Below are positions 13,021-25,680 of a stretch of DNA of 64,000 bases, one piece after another (the first letter of the stretch is position 1; each line of letters begins with the position of its first letter). A program made the position numbers and the translations under genes. Under the pieces are notes generated by a model, which saw only the letters and a program-made list of their open reading frames with translations, was not told the origin of the DNA and did not search any database. The stretch comes from Hydrolagus colliei (lineage: Eukaryota). The stretch covers positions 3,100,001 through 3,164,000 of the forward strand of contig CM068742.1 in the NCBI GenBank assembly GCA_035084275.1, written 5' to 3'.

Positions 13021-13318
13021 GAAATCCTGCAGCTCAGTGGTTAGAGGACTCTCCTCATGAGTGATAGACTAGGGTTCAATTCCTGGCAGGGTAAAATCTT
13101 GGGCAAGTTTCCTTAACCCACATGTCTGATAATAATCCCTAAATTTTTTTTTTAAAAATTGGTCACTTCAATCCACGATTGTTTGTGAGACACTACTGTG
13201 CGCAATGTGCTGCCGCGTTACAGTCAATTCACTTTGCGGTATATTCTGTGAAGCGCTTTGAGATGTCCAGAAGATGTGAAAAGCGCTATCTCAAACGCAA
13301 CAAGTATTATTGATTATT
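13021..13318 (+). mobile_element. tRNA-derived SINE with L2-type tail
   Basis: CAGCTCAGTGGTTAGAG...GGTTCAATTCC...CTTGGGCAAGTTTCCTTA...GAAGCGCTTTGAGATGTC...GAAAAGCGCTAT. Confidence 0.9.
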
Positions 13319-13734
13319 TGAAAGGGATTGGGTGATACATGCATAACTCTCAGTGCATAGGTGGGACTCATAATCCAGGTTGACACTTCAATACAGCAAT
13401 AACACAGTGTAAAGCATTGATGGAGTGTCTCATCTGCAGGTAGGCATTAATAAGATGGCATGACACTATTTCAAAGAAGAGCAGGAATTTCTCCTAGTGT
13501 GTATATTCTTCCCTAATCTTGACGCTCGCATTCTTCCATCCCCACCTTGGATGCCCACCCAACAGCGTTAAATGCTTTGAGAATGTTCTCCTGACATGAA
13601 AAGCGCTTTGTAAATTGTTTCGTAGTCCAAATTCAGATTAAAAGATTGGTCACTCGCCTCGTTGTTTTGGGGGCTGCTGCTAATGTGCACTGGCTGTCAC
13701 ATTTGCCAATACGAACAATTGTCCTTCCACTTGA

Positions 13735-14035
13735 AAAGTATTGTCCACTCCCTCCGCTCAGTGTCAGTGGTCAGGCATTCGCCCTCTCTGCCCGCCCGCA
13801 CCCTCTGGATTTCTATCCCACATTGCCTTTGCCTCGTTCCCTCCCTTCCCTCCATCAAGGCACACCTTAAGATCCTCCTGTTTGACTTTACCTTTGGGTC
13901 CCTCCTACCACTTCTGCCTTCACCCTCGCTGGTTCTCCCTCCACTCTGCTCGGGTGCTCTAATCTGTGACTGTTCAGCAGCGACATGTGAAAGGTGCTTT
14001 ACAAATGTAATTTTGTATTGTATTGTAGTGTACTG
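13735..14035 (+). mobile_element. L2 LINE 3' fragment
   Basis: Decayed ORF2 C-terminus (GIRPLCP.. / AFA..AP.LW region), pyrimidine-rich UTR, GTGAAAGGTGCTTTACAAATGTAATTTTG tail. Confidence 0.75.
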
Positions 14036-14234
14036 TGTTACTACTTAGTCTTGAGACATATTTGACACACAGTAGTGCTCTAATGTCAGTTTTAAGAAGA
14101 GATGAATGGAAAGTGAATTACCATCAGCTGCCTTTTGTCAAGCGTAGTTTTGAAAATGATTATAAAGGTTACTTTAGTTTTCAATTATTGTTGTGATATT
14201 TGAAAAATTTTCTGTTGAACACTGAGTGTTACAC

Positions 14235-15680
14235 TTGTCCCTTCCAAACACTCCACTTACAGCTCCATCTATACTTTGCTCTTCCTCTCCAAAGTGCTTG
14301 AATGTGTAATTGTTTCTCAGCTTTATTCCTTCCTCTCCTACCTCCTCCCCGAATAAGACTCCAATTCGGCTTCTAACCTGCCTGCAGCACGTAGGTCAAA
14401 TGTATAAATGATAACCTATTTGGCTGTGATCAGTGCTCTCTGTGTTTCCTCAATGTCTCCATTGCCTTTGACAACATTGACCATTTTGTTGTCCTCCACA
14501 ATCTCTCCCCTCTGGTATATCTTCAGGGCTCTGCACTTTCCTGATTTCACTCCTACTTGTCGAGGGTTGTCAATAGAGACAGAGCTCGTCAAAGCAACAA
14601 ATGACGTTTTCTCTGATTCTCTCAGTGACCAGATCTCACGCTGCTTCCTTGTCCTCTTTGGCATTTCAACTTTCACCAAAACCCACGGCCCAACCGCCAT
14701 GGTGGCGTTGTGGCTCTGATCTCTCAGTCCATCCTTGGCCTTTCCCCTCACTCCTCTAGAAACCTTCCCTTCCTTTGAGCACCTTACTCTACCACCCCTC
14801 CGGTCTCTCCCTCAAAATCCTCCTTCTCTATCGTCTCTCCAAGTCCCCCCCCACTACGTTCCTCTTGGACATCTTCACCCTCCTGTCTTCCTTCTCCCTC
14901 TGCTCTGAATGCCTCCTCATCTTAAGCAATTTCAACCTCCATTTCACCCCCTCCTGCTCTGCCTCTGGTGACTTTTCCTACCACTCACCTCCCTTAACCT
15001 CTCCCTCCAGATCCACTCCGCCACCCACATCCACGGCCACCTGCTCAACCTGGTGATCTGCCCCAATGTCCCCCCACTAACTGACCTACCCTCTTCGCTC
15101 TCTTTTCTCCACAAATCCCTCTCCTCCATCCTCGATTTTATTGCCCCCCTAACCACCGGAAATGCCTCCTACTCCCATAAATCCCCCTGGTACACAAGCC
15201 ATTTCCAATCCCTCAAGGCACCATGTAAGCCGCCGAACAAGCCTTGACCAAATCTAAACCATCGGCAGATTTGGCTAGATCATACTAAAACCTACTGTTC
15301 CACCTTGCCTCTGCCAAGTCCTTCTTCTACTCCAAGTTCATCTTGGAGGCCAAGGATAAACCCAGGCTCCTCTTCTACACTACAAACTGTCTCCAGCGGA
15401 GAGACTGATTGATGACATCAGCCAGCAGTGGGCAGAGGAGAGTGAGCTGGGTGGCCAGCAAGTTGGTGGGAAGGGCGTCAAGGCAGCAGGTGGTGGGTTT
15501 CATCGAAGTGATGGTGGATGAGAGGGAGGAAGGAGAGATGGGGAGGAAAGAATGTAGCATGGGGGTGGTGGTAGGAGCTGATGATGGGGAGGGTGAGGGG
15601 GAAGGAGAGGGGGTGGTGGTGGGCGACAAGAGGCAGGAGGATGAAGCTGCCCGGTGGATACTATTTATTTTCATCTGGGG
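14235..15680. mobile_element. Mosaic of decayed L2 ORF2 fragments, last ~285 bp inverted
   Basis: RT-type TELVKATND and endonuclease-type LKILLLYR / LLILSNFNLH on plus; KINSIH..MKPTTCCLDALPT..LADVINQSL on minus (15398-15680). Confidence 0.8.
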
Positions 15681-16619
15681 CACTCATTTCATCATTGAAG
15701 AACATTTTGAGACATTCTCCCAACATAAGATAGAAGTAAAAAATATTGCTGTTGGTTTCAAAGGTAAACAAGTTGGGATGGAAAATTGAGCCTAACAGTA
15801 TACATTAACATTAATAGGTATTGTCGTTAACTTTAAGTGCTTTAATTATCTTCATATTTAAAAACTGTAATTGACTTCATCCAATAGCTAAATCAACCTA
15901 GAGTAACTACTCCAAACAATTCTCACAATTTTAGACTCTAAAAATACCATTACCAAAACGCTGAGGAAGAATAGTATATTAATTAAATATTTTCCAATTA
16001 TGTTTAGAATGGATGCTACATTATCCCCCGTTTGAATTTGATTTTAAATGTTTGTGTGGTGGTGCTAAAGCCCATTTAATACCAATGAATGAATGGATTA
16101 ATATGCTGCTGTTGGACTGAAAGGAGATCTTAGCAGCAATCTGCACAGCATTAAAAAATGTTCTCTTAAAAAAATCTCAAAGTTGAATCACATTGAGACT
16201 AACGTGAGGTAGTTTTGTCTCAATACATAGGTAAAGTATAAGCAACTGAAATCCACTCCGTCAATAACATTTATTACAATTATTTCAGCTAATTAAACCT
16301 GCAAGTTTGCCTACAAATTAGTCAATACACTTTGCAAACTACCCTCCCAATGTGAAAGGTGTTACAACAAATTCAGAGAATGTTAGCAAATTTCTCTGAT
16401 AATTTAACAGCTGAAATGAGCTTCCAAAAAAGCGAAATGACCATGATGTAAGAAATTAACTCTGGTTACGAGTTAATTTTGATAACATTTGAAACAATTG
16501 TACATTATTATCTATTCATTACCAGAATATGACCACACAATTCTTTGTCCTGTGATTGATAGTGTGTGCTGTATGTGCAGAAGGGAAGGAGATGGCAATG
16601 CGAATTGCTGATGTTTTGT

Positions 16620-17050
16620 GCTTCAAACAACACAAAAAGAACATCTATGGAGCGCCTTTCACATTGGGAGGACATCCCACGGCACTGAACAGTCAGAGGT
16701 TGGGACTGAAGCAAGTGGGAGGGGCAGGGTAGGGGTGATGGGGAGGGAGAGAGGTGGGAGAGCAGCTAAAAGCACAGTCGAAAAGGAGGTTCTTGAGACC
16801 GACCTTGAAGGAGGCAAGGGAAGAAGTGAAGTGGAGGGACTATTGGATCAAGTTCCAGATTGTGGGAGCTGAGAAGAGCTGAAAGCTCAGTCACCGATGG
16901 TAGGGTGGGTCGGGCGGTAGACATGGTGCAAACTGGAGCCCGCTGAACGGAAGGTGTGGGCGGGAGTCAGCAGGTCAGAGAGGTAGGAGGGGTCAAGACC
17001 ATGATGGCCTTGAAAGCGAGGATGAGGATCTTGAAGCGAGGACGAGGATC
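16620..17050 (-). mobile_element. L2 LINE 3' fragment
   Basis: RFKILILAFKAI motif; tail stem-loop GGGATGTCCTCCCAATGTGAAAGGCGCT. Confidence 0.8.
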
Positions 17051-17337
17051 CAAGAATTCTATACTTTCAAAATAATTATTTTGAACAGGCATAGAAAGTG
17101 TGTAAAATGCGAGAAAATTCCAATGACATCTCACAGCAAATTCTGACATTGTGCTGATACATCTGAAATTTGATTTTGTTTATTTGAAAAAAATATTGTA
17201 TGAAGGCGGTTGGTGCTGGACCAAAAGGAGAAATTAGGAGGCAAAATCTGAGATACAAGATGTCTCTGAACAGAATGATAATTGAGGAAAGAAGGAAAAT
17301 AGCCTAACATAGTCAGGGTGGAATATAAGACTGTAGA

Positions 17338-19490
17338 ACAACAGCCAAACTGCATATTGTAAAGTGCCTTTCAAGTCAGGAAGAGGTCCCAACAGTCAGG
17401 GATTAGGACCTAATCCTGGGGTGCAGGGTTGGAATGAGGGAGAGCAGAGAGGTAAGAGGGCGGATGAAAGCTCAACAAAAAAGGAAGGTTTCGACTAGGG
17501 CCTTGAAGGAGGCAAGGGAGAGAGCAAGGCAAAGTGATTTGGGGATAGAGTTCAAAGGGTGGGGGCAAAGAGGCTGAAAGCCCGATTGTCGATGGCAGGG
17601 CCTGTTGGGCAGGTGTCTTGGATTAGGCCGAGCCTGCTGAAAGGAGAGAGCAGACAGGTTGATAGATGGTCAGCAGTCAGAGAGGTAGGAGGTGGGGAGG
17701 CCTTGAAGGAGAGGACAAGGATTTTAAATTCTATCCTCTGAGGGATGGGGAGTCAGTGAAGCTGGGCAAGAGTGGACATTATAGGGTTACATAGCCTGGT
17801 ATGGGAGAGGACACAAGCTGCAGAGTTCTGGATGGAAGATATGGAGATAAGAGTTGGCAATGCCGACAAGGAGGTTGTATCCAGTCTAATCTCGAGGTGA
17901 CAAATGTATGAGGGTTTTGGTGGCCTGAGGGGTGAGGCAGTGGTGGAGATGGGCAAGATTGTGGAGATGGGAGAATGTAAAGTGACTCATGGCACATACA
18001 TGGGGGAGCAAGGACAATTGAGGGTCAAACAAGATGCCCAAATTCATGACTGGTTTGATGAGGTGTGTATCCCTGGATGGTGATGCTGTAAGTGCCTGAG
18101 GTGCCGAGGCACTGGTGCGAGCCAAGCCTCAATCTTGCTGACATTCCACTGTAGAAAGTTGGCTCGCATCCATGACTTGATGTCTGACAGACAGTCTGGC
18201 AGGACATCAGTTGTCATGGAATCGAGGTTGGAGCCAGTAAAGTGTCTTTCAAGTCACTTTACCCAATTCTATCTGTCATCCTTGTGCAAGTTGCCCCAAT
18301 GTCTGCGGATAATGTCACCGAGGGAGAACGCAGAGGTTGAAGAGGAGGAGACCAAGGACAGAGCCCCGAGGAACGCCAAACAAGACATGTTTAAGAGAGA
18401 TAGAACCTGAACTATTCAAGGACGGATCCTTGAAGTTTGAGGTGAGAGGAGAGGTGGTGGAGAAGGATGGAGTAGGCCACGGAATCAAAGGCAATAGAGC
18501 AGTCAAGGAGGCAGAGGGAGCCCCGGTGACAGATGGGCATGATGTTGTTTGTCACATTGACCAGAGCAGTTTCCGTGGTGTGAGCAATATGAAAATCCAA
18601 TTGGACGGGCTCCTGAAGGAATGGTCATAAAGAAATGAGCGAAGATGGGAAGCAACAACACTTCCAAGGACTTTGGAAAGAAAAGGGAGTCAGTCAGAAA
18701 GCAGGGAGGTTGGAGATGGGCTAGTAGTCAGAAAGCAGGGATGCATCCAGGGAAGTTTTTTGTTAGGTTGGGGGTGATCATAGCTGTTTTTAGGGGTATC
18801 AAAGTGGTGTCAGATGATAGGGAGAGATTGATGTTGTTGGATGGTAGAGGGGCAAGGAGGTGGAGGTTGGAGGTACGAAAATGGGTTGGGATGGGGTGTG
18901 CAGCTGGTGTTTTTGATGCTGGATATTGTGGGGATGAGAGAGGATGGAGAGACAAGTTTGAAGATGTGGAGCTACTATGGATAAGGGTGCGAGTGTGGGG
19001 AGGTGGGAGGACATGTGGAAGGAATACGGAGGTAGTTGATCAGATCTCCTCCATTTCGGACTCCAGTAAATCCAATTTGTGGAGAAAATGTGCAAGGAAT
19101 GAGAGGAGCTGGTTGATGGTGGAGAATTGGAGCCTGGTGTTGTACTTCACCTGCAAGATTAACTTGGAATACAAGGATGATTTGGTGGACATGAGAATGG
19201 AGTAGTATATTTTGATGTGGCCCAGGAGATCCGCCAGTGGACCAATACATCAGATTTGAGCTAGGCCCATACCTGACCCCTGAGGAGCGGAGGTGGCTGG
19301 TGAACCAGGTTGAGGATCAAAGGTAGGAGGCAGTTCGGGTGGTGACATGGACAAGGGCATCAAAAGTGGTCGGAAGGGAGTTGTGGAGGAGAGTGAGTGA
19401 ACAGGATAAATCATTGAGGGAGGTAGTCTAAAGCGGGAAGAGTTCAGATGACTCCAGGGCGGCAGGGAGGGATTGCACAGAGATTTTTTC
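17338..19490 (-). mobile_element. Decayed L2 LINE (RT region to 3' tail)
   Basis: HTTETALVNVTNNIM, GVPRGSVLGLLLF, NLGILFDPQLS, FVTSRLD, IQNSAACVL in successive minus-strand frames; tail at ~17340-17395. Confidence 0.9.
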
Positions 19491-19666
19491 CAGAGACTAG
19501 ACAGTAAGAACAACACCTGAAAGAGTTCTTTGGAGTGCAGTAAAATATAATATAATCTTAAACATACGTTCACTGTACCTTATCGCAAGGCAGTTTAGTG
19601 AAGCAAGTTTGTAAAACAAAATGATCCAAGATTTCTCTTTTATGTGAGAGAGAAGTACTAGAGTGG

Positions 19667-19866
19667 NNNNNNNNNNNNNNNNNNNNNNNNNNNNNNNNNN
19701 NNNNNNNNNNNNNNNNNNNNNNNNNNNNNNNNNNNNNNNNNNNNNNNNNNNNNNNNNNNNNNNNNNNNNNNNNNNNNNNNNNNNNNNNNNNNNNNNNNNN
19801 NNNNNNNNNNNNNNNNNNNNNNNNNNNNNNNNNNNNNNNNNNNNNNNNNNNNNNNNNNNNNNNNNN
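19667..19866. other. Assembly gap (200 N)
   Basis: Run of N. Confidence 1.
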
Positions 19867-20039
19867 AAGCGCTTTGTGTCTTTATGTCGTGAAAGATAAG
19901 GATTTTCCTATTATTCATGATGATTTACTGTTAGAAACTTCCACTTAATACCTTGTCTATGCATTAAAAAGTTTGAATTATCTGCTAGTAAAACAGGATG
20001 GAAAATGTTTAGCTAATCGACATTTATTTGGGGTGAACG

Positions 20040-20150
20040 GGTTTGCGCGGTTATGGGGAGAGAGCTGGGATTGAGTTGTTTTTTTCAAAGAGCCAGCACA
20101 GACTTGATGGGCCAAATGGCCTCCTTTTGTGCCGTAAGATTCTATGATTC
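20040..20150 (+). mobile_element. CR1 3' end fragment
   Basis: 3'UTR TCAAAGAGCCAGCACAGACTTGATGGGCCAAATGGCCTCC and ATTCTATGATTCT tail. Confidence 0.85.
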
Positions 20151-20624
20151 TCATACACCGTTGCACAGTAAAATTGCGTGTATTATGGATGCGGTGCAAA
20201 CATAGAGGGAATCAGAGGTGCCCTTGATTGTGTATTTATCAAGCTGTAATAACGCAGTTCACTCTGTAATCTTTTATTAGAAGGCAAACGCAAGGCTGTT
20301 ACGAGAATACAAAAGTGGCAGTTCCAATCTGGGTATGTCAATAGTTGGGGTGGAGGGGGCAAGTTACTAGCCCCGGAAACGATTGGGAAAAAAACTTGGG
20401 GCAGTAAATAAAGCAGTAATTGTGACAATTACGATCCTTTCACTAATAATGATCGTCACATTGGTTATGGCACTTTATCATACATTTCAAACAACCTTTC
20501 AAAGCATTTCAGAGGATTTGCTGTAAAGCGCAGTTACTGTGTACTTGCAGGCAATCATGGCACACAATTTGCGCCAAGTAATTTCCTATGAATTGTCACA
20601 AGTGACTGTCCAATTCTATTTGGT

Positions 20625-21330
20625 AGATTGTGGACCAACCTCGGCGTCAGGTTCGACCCCCCCTCATCCAGTCCCTCACCAGCACCTCTTTTTTCCACCT
20701 CCAAAGGATCGCCCGTCACCAGCAATATCTCGCCCCAAAAGCCGCTGAAACCCTGGTCCATGCCTTCGTTACCTCATGGCTGGACTATTCCTCCTCGCCG
20801 GTCTCCCATCCACCACAATCCATAAAATCCAACTCATTCAAAACTCTGCCGCCCGCATTCTCACCCGCACCAAACTTTGCTCCCCCATTACCCCAGTCCT
20901 TGCCAGATTTCACTGGCTCCCTGTCCCGGAGAGGATCAACTACAAGATCTTCAACCTTGTTTTAAAATCCCTCCACTCCTCTGCACCCCCTATCTCTCCG
21001 ACCTCTTCTCTCCTCAAACTAGCACCCATTGCCTTCGATCCACCAGGTCTGGCCTCCTCCTTGTCCCCTGAATCTTCCGCTCCACCATCGGCAGCCATGC
21101 CTTCAGCTACTACCCCCGAGGCTCTAGAACTCCCTTACTCACTCCCTTTGCCTTTCCCCCTCTCTTCCCAATTTCAGGTCTCAGCTAAAGATCTTTCTCT
21201 TCAACCTCTCCTTTGATCACCTTTCTCCCCATTCCCCTGGCTAGGTCCCGGGATCCATTATTCTGAAGCTCTCTGAGACGCCATCCAGTGTGCAGGGCGC
21301 TATATAAATCAAAGTTGTTGTTGTTGTTTT
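20625..21330 (+). mobile_element. L2 LINE 3' portion
   Basis: NLGVRFDP, AAETLVHAFVTSWLDY, IQNSAARIL, HWLPVPERINYKI; GGGCGCTATATAAAT..(TTG)n tail. Confidence 0.93.
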
Positions 21331-21620
21331 TGATCAAGAAGAAACTTTTCAATTAGCATCAAGAGATTGTTAATTCCAACCACAAGTAGAGTGAACCTTG
21401 ATTTCATCCAGAGGATAGCAATTCCAACAACACAGTGCTCCAACACCATTACATCAGAGAGTCAACCTCTCCACCACAACCATATTAGATTGTCAACCTC
21501 TCCATCACCACTATATATCGGTATGTCACCCTGGACTGTATAAGCTCAAAATTGCAACATGAAGTTTGAATCCACAATTTTCTGATGAGATTGCTACTGA
21601 CTGAGCAAGGCTTACATCAA

Positions 21621-24350
21621 TCAACAACAGCAACTTGTATGTATATAGCGCCGTCCACACCAGACAGCACCTCAGAGCACTTCACAAAGCAGATCCCAGA
21701 GATAAGCCAGGAGGATGGAGAAAAAGGTGACCAAAAGCACGAAAGTCTTCAGGCAAAACCTGAAAATAAGAAAGAGGGGTTGAGGTGAAGGGAGTGAGGA
21801 AGGGAGTTCCAGAGCTTTGGGGTGTAGCAATTGAAGGCACAACTGCCGATGGTGGAAAGGAGGATTTGGGGGAGGGAAAAGGAGGAGGCTTGGCACAGTA
21901 GAGTTAAGGCACTGTTGTGAGGAGAGAGGAGGTTAGAGAGATAGAGGGGTGCGGAGGAGCGGAGGTATTTGAACACAAGAGTGAGTATCTTGAAATCGAT
22001 CTGCTCTGAGACAGGGAGACAGTGAAGTCTGGCAAGGACTGGGGTGATCGGGGAGTGAAGTTTGGTTCAGGTGAAAATGCAGTGGAGGAATTTTGAATGA
22101 GCTGGATTTTGTAAATGGTGGCGGAGGGGAGGAGTTATCCAGCTGAGACGTGATAAAGGCTGGATTTCGGCAGCTTTTGGAGTGAGATATTGGCAGAGAA
22201 GAGTGATGTGTTGGAGATGGAAGAAGGTGGTGCTGGTGAGGGACTGGATGTGGGGGAGGAAGGATAATTGGGAGCGAACCTGACACCTAAGTTGTGTATG
22301 GGTTCAGAGAGTTTTAGGAACAGGTCAGGTAGGTGGAGGAGGTGACAGCCATTGGACGGAAGACATCGATGAGAACCAAAGCGTATGGCTTCCATCCAGG
22401 CAACATTTAATTGAAGGAAATTTCCATTCATCCAGCTCTTGATGTCTGACAAACTGACTGACAGAATATCAGGGGACTGAGGTGGAGAAGTAGAGTCCGG
22501 TCTCATCCTCATACATGAGGAAGTTTACCCCATGTCTACGGATGATATCAGCATGAGGGAGCATGTTAGATCAGGAAGAGAAGGAGGCTAAGGATGGATC
22601 CCCGCAGGTGACAGGGCGAAAGTGAGAGGATACGCCATTTGTAGAGATGTACTGCTCGTGATTAATGAAGTAAGACTCGAACCGAGCGAGTGCGGTCTCA
22701 CTGAGTTGAATGACAGAGGATAGGTGGAGGAGGAGTATGGCACGATCGATTCTAACTAAGAATTAGAGGGAGCCCTGGTCACAGATAGAGAGGATATAAT
22801 TTGTGACTTTCACAAGCCCAGTCTCTGTAATGGGCGGAAATCAGACTGGAGAGGTTCGAAAAGGGAGTGGAGGGAACAGTGTGCCTGGAGTTGGTTGGCA
22901 ACATGTTCTAAAACTTTAGAAATGAAGGGCACGATTGAGATAGGGAGGTCGTGGCTGAGGTTGGAGGGTGTTTTTTTTTAGGACGGGGTGATGACACTGG
23001 TTTTGAGGGGGCAGGGCCTGATCCTGAGGAGAGGGACTGATTTATGATGTGTGCCAGAAGTGGGCAGAGGAAGGGGAACTGAGTGATCAGCAAGTTGGTG
23101 GTAGAGGCTCGAGGCAGCAGGTGGTAGCTGTGAAGATGCTCTAGTCCACGGCTAGTGGTGAACCTTCAGGCTGGTTTTCTGCCAACCGCACTTGATCAGT
23201 CAGGTTTGTAATGTTCGGGAGCGGAGATGACTGTTGCACAAGAGGATTGGGTGGGTTTGGAGATGCTGCTGGATTTCAGGGGGACGAGAGGCGATCATGG
23301 AGCAGCTCGATGGCTGCTTCAGGATCTCTGCAGGTGGAAGGCCCAGATGGATATGAGGTCTGAGGATGAGAGGATCTTTGTGACTGTCTCAGGGGGAAGC
23401 CTTTTCCATCGGAGGAAAAGTATAGTTGAGGGCTTGGTGTAGGAGAGAGGGATGCGAGAAGAGAAGGAACTGAGACAGTGGTCCGAAATGGCCTTGTCCA
23501 TTATGCACAGATCGGATATGTCAAGGCCATGTGTGATGATGAGGTTGAGGGTGTGGGTTGGTGAGTTTACGTGAAGAGCGAAGTTTAGGGAGGAGAAGAG
23601 GGCAGTGAAGTCAGAGGATGTGGTGCAAGGGGAGTTTGGGTGGAAGTTGAAATCACTCATTATGAGCAATCTTTCAGATCAGAGGGACAGGGAGGAGAGG
23701 AGAGTGGAGATATCAGAGAGGAAGGAGCCGGGGGTGTTTAGGAGGTGAACTTTCAGTGAGAGAGAAGGATGCTGGAGAGTGAAGTGCTCAAAAGAGGAGG
23801 AATGCCAGAGGCATAAGGAAAAACACCAGGACAAGCTTTGGAGGTGAAAGCCACCCTATCGCCTAGTTGGTTAGAGGGGAATGTGAAGGAAAGTGTAGCC
23901 GGGAGGGGCGGCTTCAAGGGGTCACTGGGAGAGAGCCAGGTTTCGGTAAGCTCGAGAATGTCAATGTGCTCATCCAAGATAGTGAAGTCTTTATTGGAGA
24001 GGGAACAGAAGTTTTGAAAGGAAATGCAGATGGGTTTGCTGGTGGGGGGAGAGGGTGGAGTGGATTTGAGGTCACGCAGAAGAGATGGCTGTGGAGCTTG
24101 AGGAGGGTGGAGAGTTGCGGAGGGTTTATGAGGGAGGGGAAAGTTGTGTTTGCCTTACGGAGATGATTTGCGCAGAGAGGGTGAATGATGGTACAGCTAG
24201 TCCCTGGAGGTGCCACGATGGACCCGGCGGACATTGCCCAAACTGGAGCAGAGGGAAGTGGTGATGGGGTCCAGAGGGCAGGGGATGTGTGGGGGTGGGG
24301 ACAGTGGGAGAGAAGGACAAAGTGAGAGTAGCGGAGGGAGGAATGCAAAA
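21621..24350 (-). mobile_element. Long decayed L2 LINE (APE endonuclease + RT + 3' tail)
   Basis: IDILELTETWL, SDFNFH, HTLNLII, ISDHC (endonuclease); DIKSWMNGNFLQLN, HNLGVRF (RT region); tail at 21621-21685. Confidence 0.92.
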
Positions 24351-25244
24351 TGAAATGCTGCTAATTTCACCCTTCTGTTACTATAAGGTGAAAATGCGAT
24401 AGATGTTGTGAAAATTGAAACTGGTAGCAATAAACCCCGGCTTAAAATTACCACACGTTGTATTATTCACCCTAATATTACCAAGGAAGGAAATGAAAGA
24501 CAAGAGTTTCAAGTGATAGTAAATTTATTTGTAAAATTGGTAGCTTCGGTGAACAAGGTCTGCTTTTAAATCTTCACGGCTAAATCCCCTGCTGAGGTTC
24601 TAGATCTAAATCAGGTACCTGTCCATCTGCACTGCAAACATTTTGGATGGAAGATTGACACAGTTCAATGGTTTCTTCGAATTTGATTAATTTAGCAGAT
24701 GTAAGCTGACGTGCTGAAATAATGTGGGGAAGCTGTGCTCCCACAGGGTTGAAGCTTCTCACAAAATACTGACAAAACTCTGGTGCCAATACAGCTAATT
24801 TCCTTGTTCCGGATGTCAGAACTTTTTCAAAATCACTTAATTAATGTGCCGAAAAAGATTCTTTTACAATTAAGAGTAATTCAATTATGCTCTTAAATAG
24901 ATGAAGTTACGCTGCTTGCCTCATTAAAATGATAATGAAGCTTATGATTATCAAACTGCTTTGTAATTGCTGTTAGTTCAATGAAGAAATTGCTAATTAT
25001 AAATAAAAGAAATAGAACTTTCTCCAGGTCATCATTCATTAGTTTTGATCCCAGCAGGCCAAGGTTATTTTGTTCCATTTCTCATACAGTTCATTTGTTC
25101 AATTGCTAAAAATATTGTTTATAGGTTTTTTTTATGTGTGGGCAAACGAGAGTCATCAGACTGATATCCAGAGAAAATGACTACATATGAGTTCTAAATT
25201 TGCATTAGTATTCGTAGATATAAGTGCACTGACATATGTTTTGT

Positions 25245-25680
25245 GCGTCAGCCTACCCTCTGAGTCAGATAGTTTGGGTTCAAATGCCACAAAGTGTCAC
25301 ATAGTCCAAGCTCACACTCTAATGCAGTGCTGGAGGTATGTTGCATTATCGGAGGAGCCATCCTTTCAAAAGAAATGTTAAATTGAGGTTCCGGCTCTTT
25401 GTTTAGGTGGACATTAAATATCCCACGACTCTATTCAACAAGAAAAAGGAGTTTCAACCACTACACCCCAAAATTCACAACTCCCTCCCTCAACCCCTTT
25501 GCCTCAACCCTCCTTTCCCACCTTCAGGTCGCGCCCGAAGACCTTTCTCTTTGACCGCCCTTACGATCACCTTCCCCCTCTCCCGGCTCGGCCTCGGGCT
25601 CCGTCACTGTGAAGCACCCTGAGATCCCACCTGGTGCGGAGGGCGCTATATAAATGCAAGTTGTTTTCGTCGTCGTTCTC
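25245..25680 (+). mobile_element. Deu-SINE fragment followed by an L2 3' end
   Basis: CTCTGAGTCAGATAGTTTGGGTTCAAAT...TGCAGTGCTGGAGG...AGGTGGACATTAAATATCCCA; L2 tail GGGCGCTATATAAATGCAAGTTG. Confidence 0.75.

Noticed and set aside
19658-19918. ORFs spanning N runs
   Set aside because: Gap artefacts.
24580-24840. Open minus frame ..APEFCQYFVRSF..SADGQ
   Set aside because: No credible acceptor or homology.
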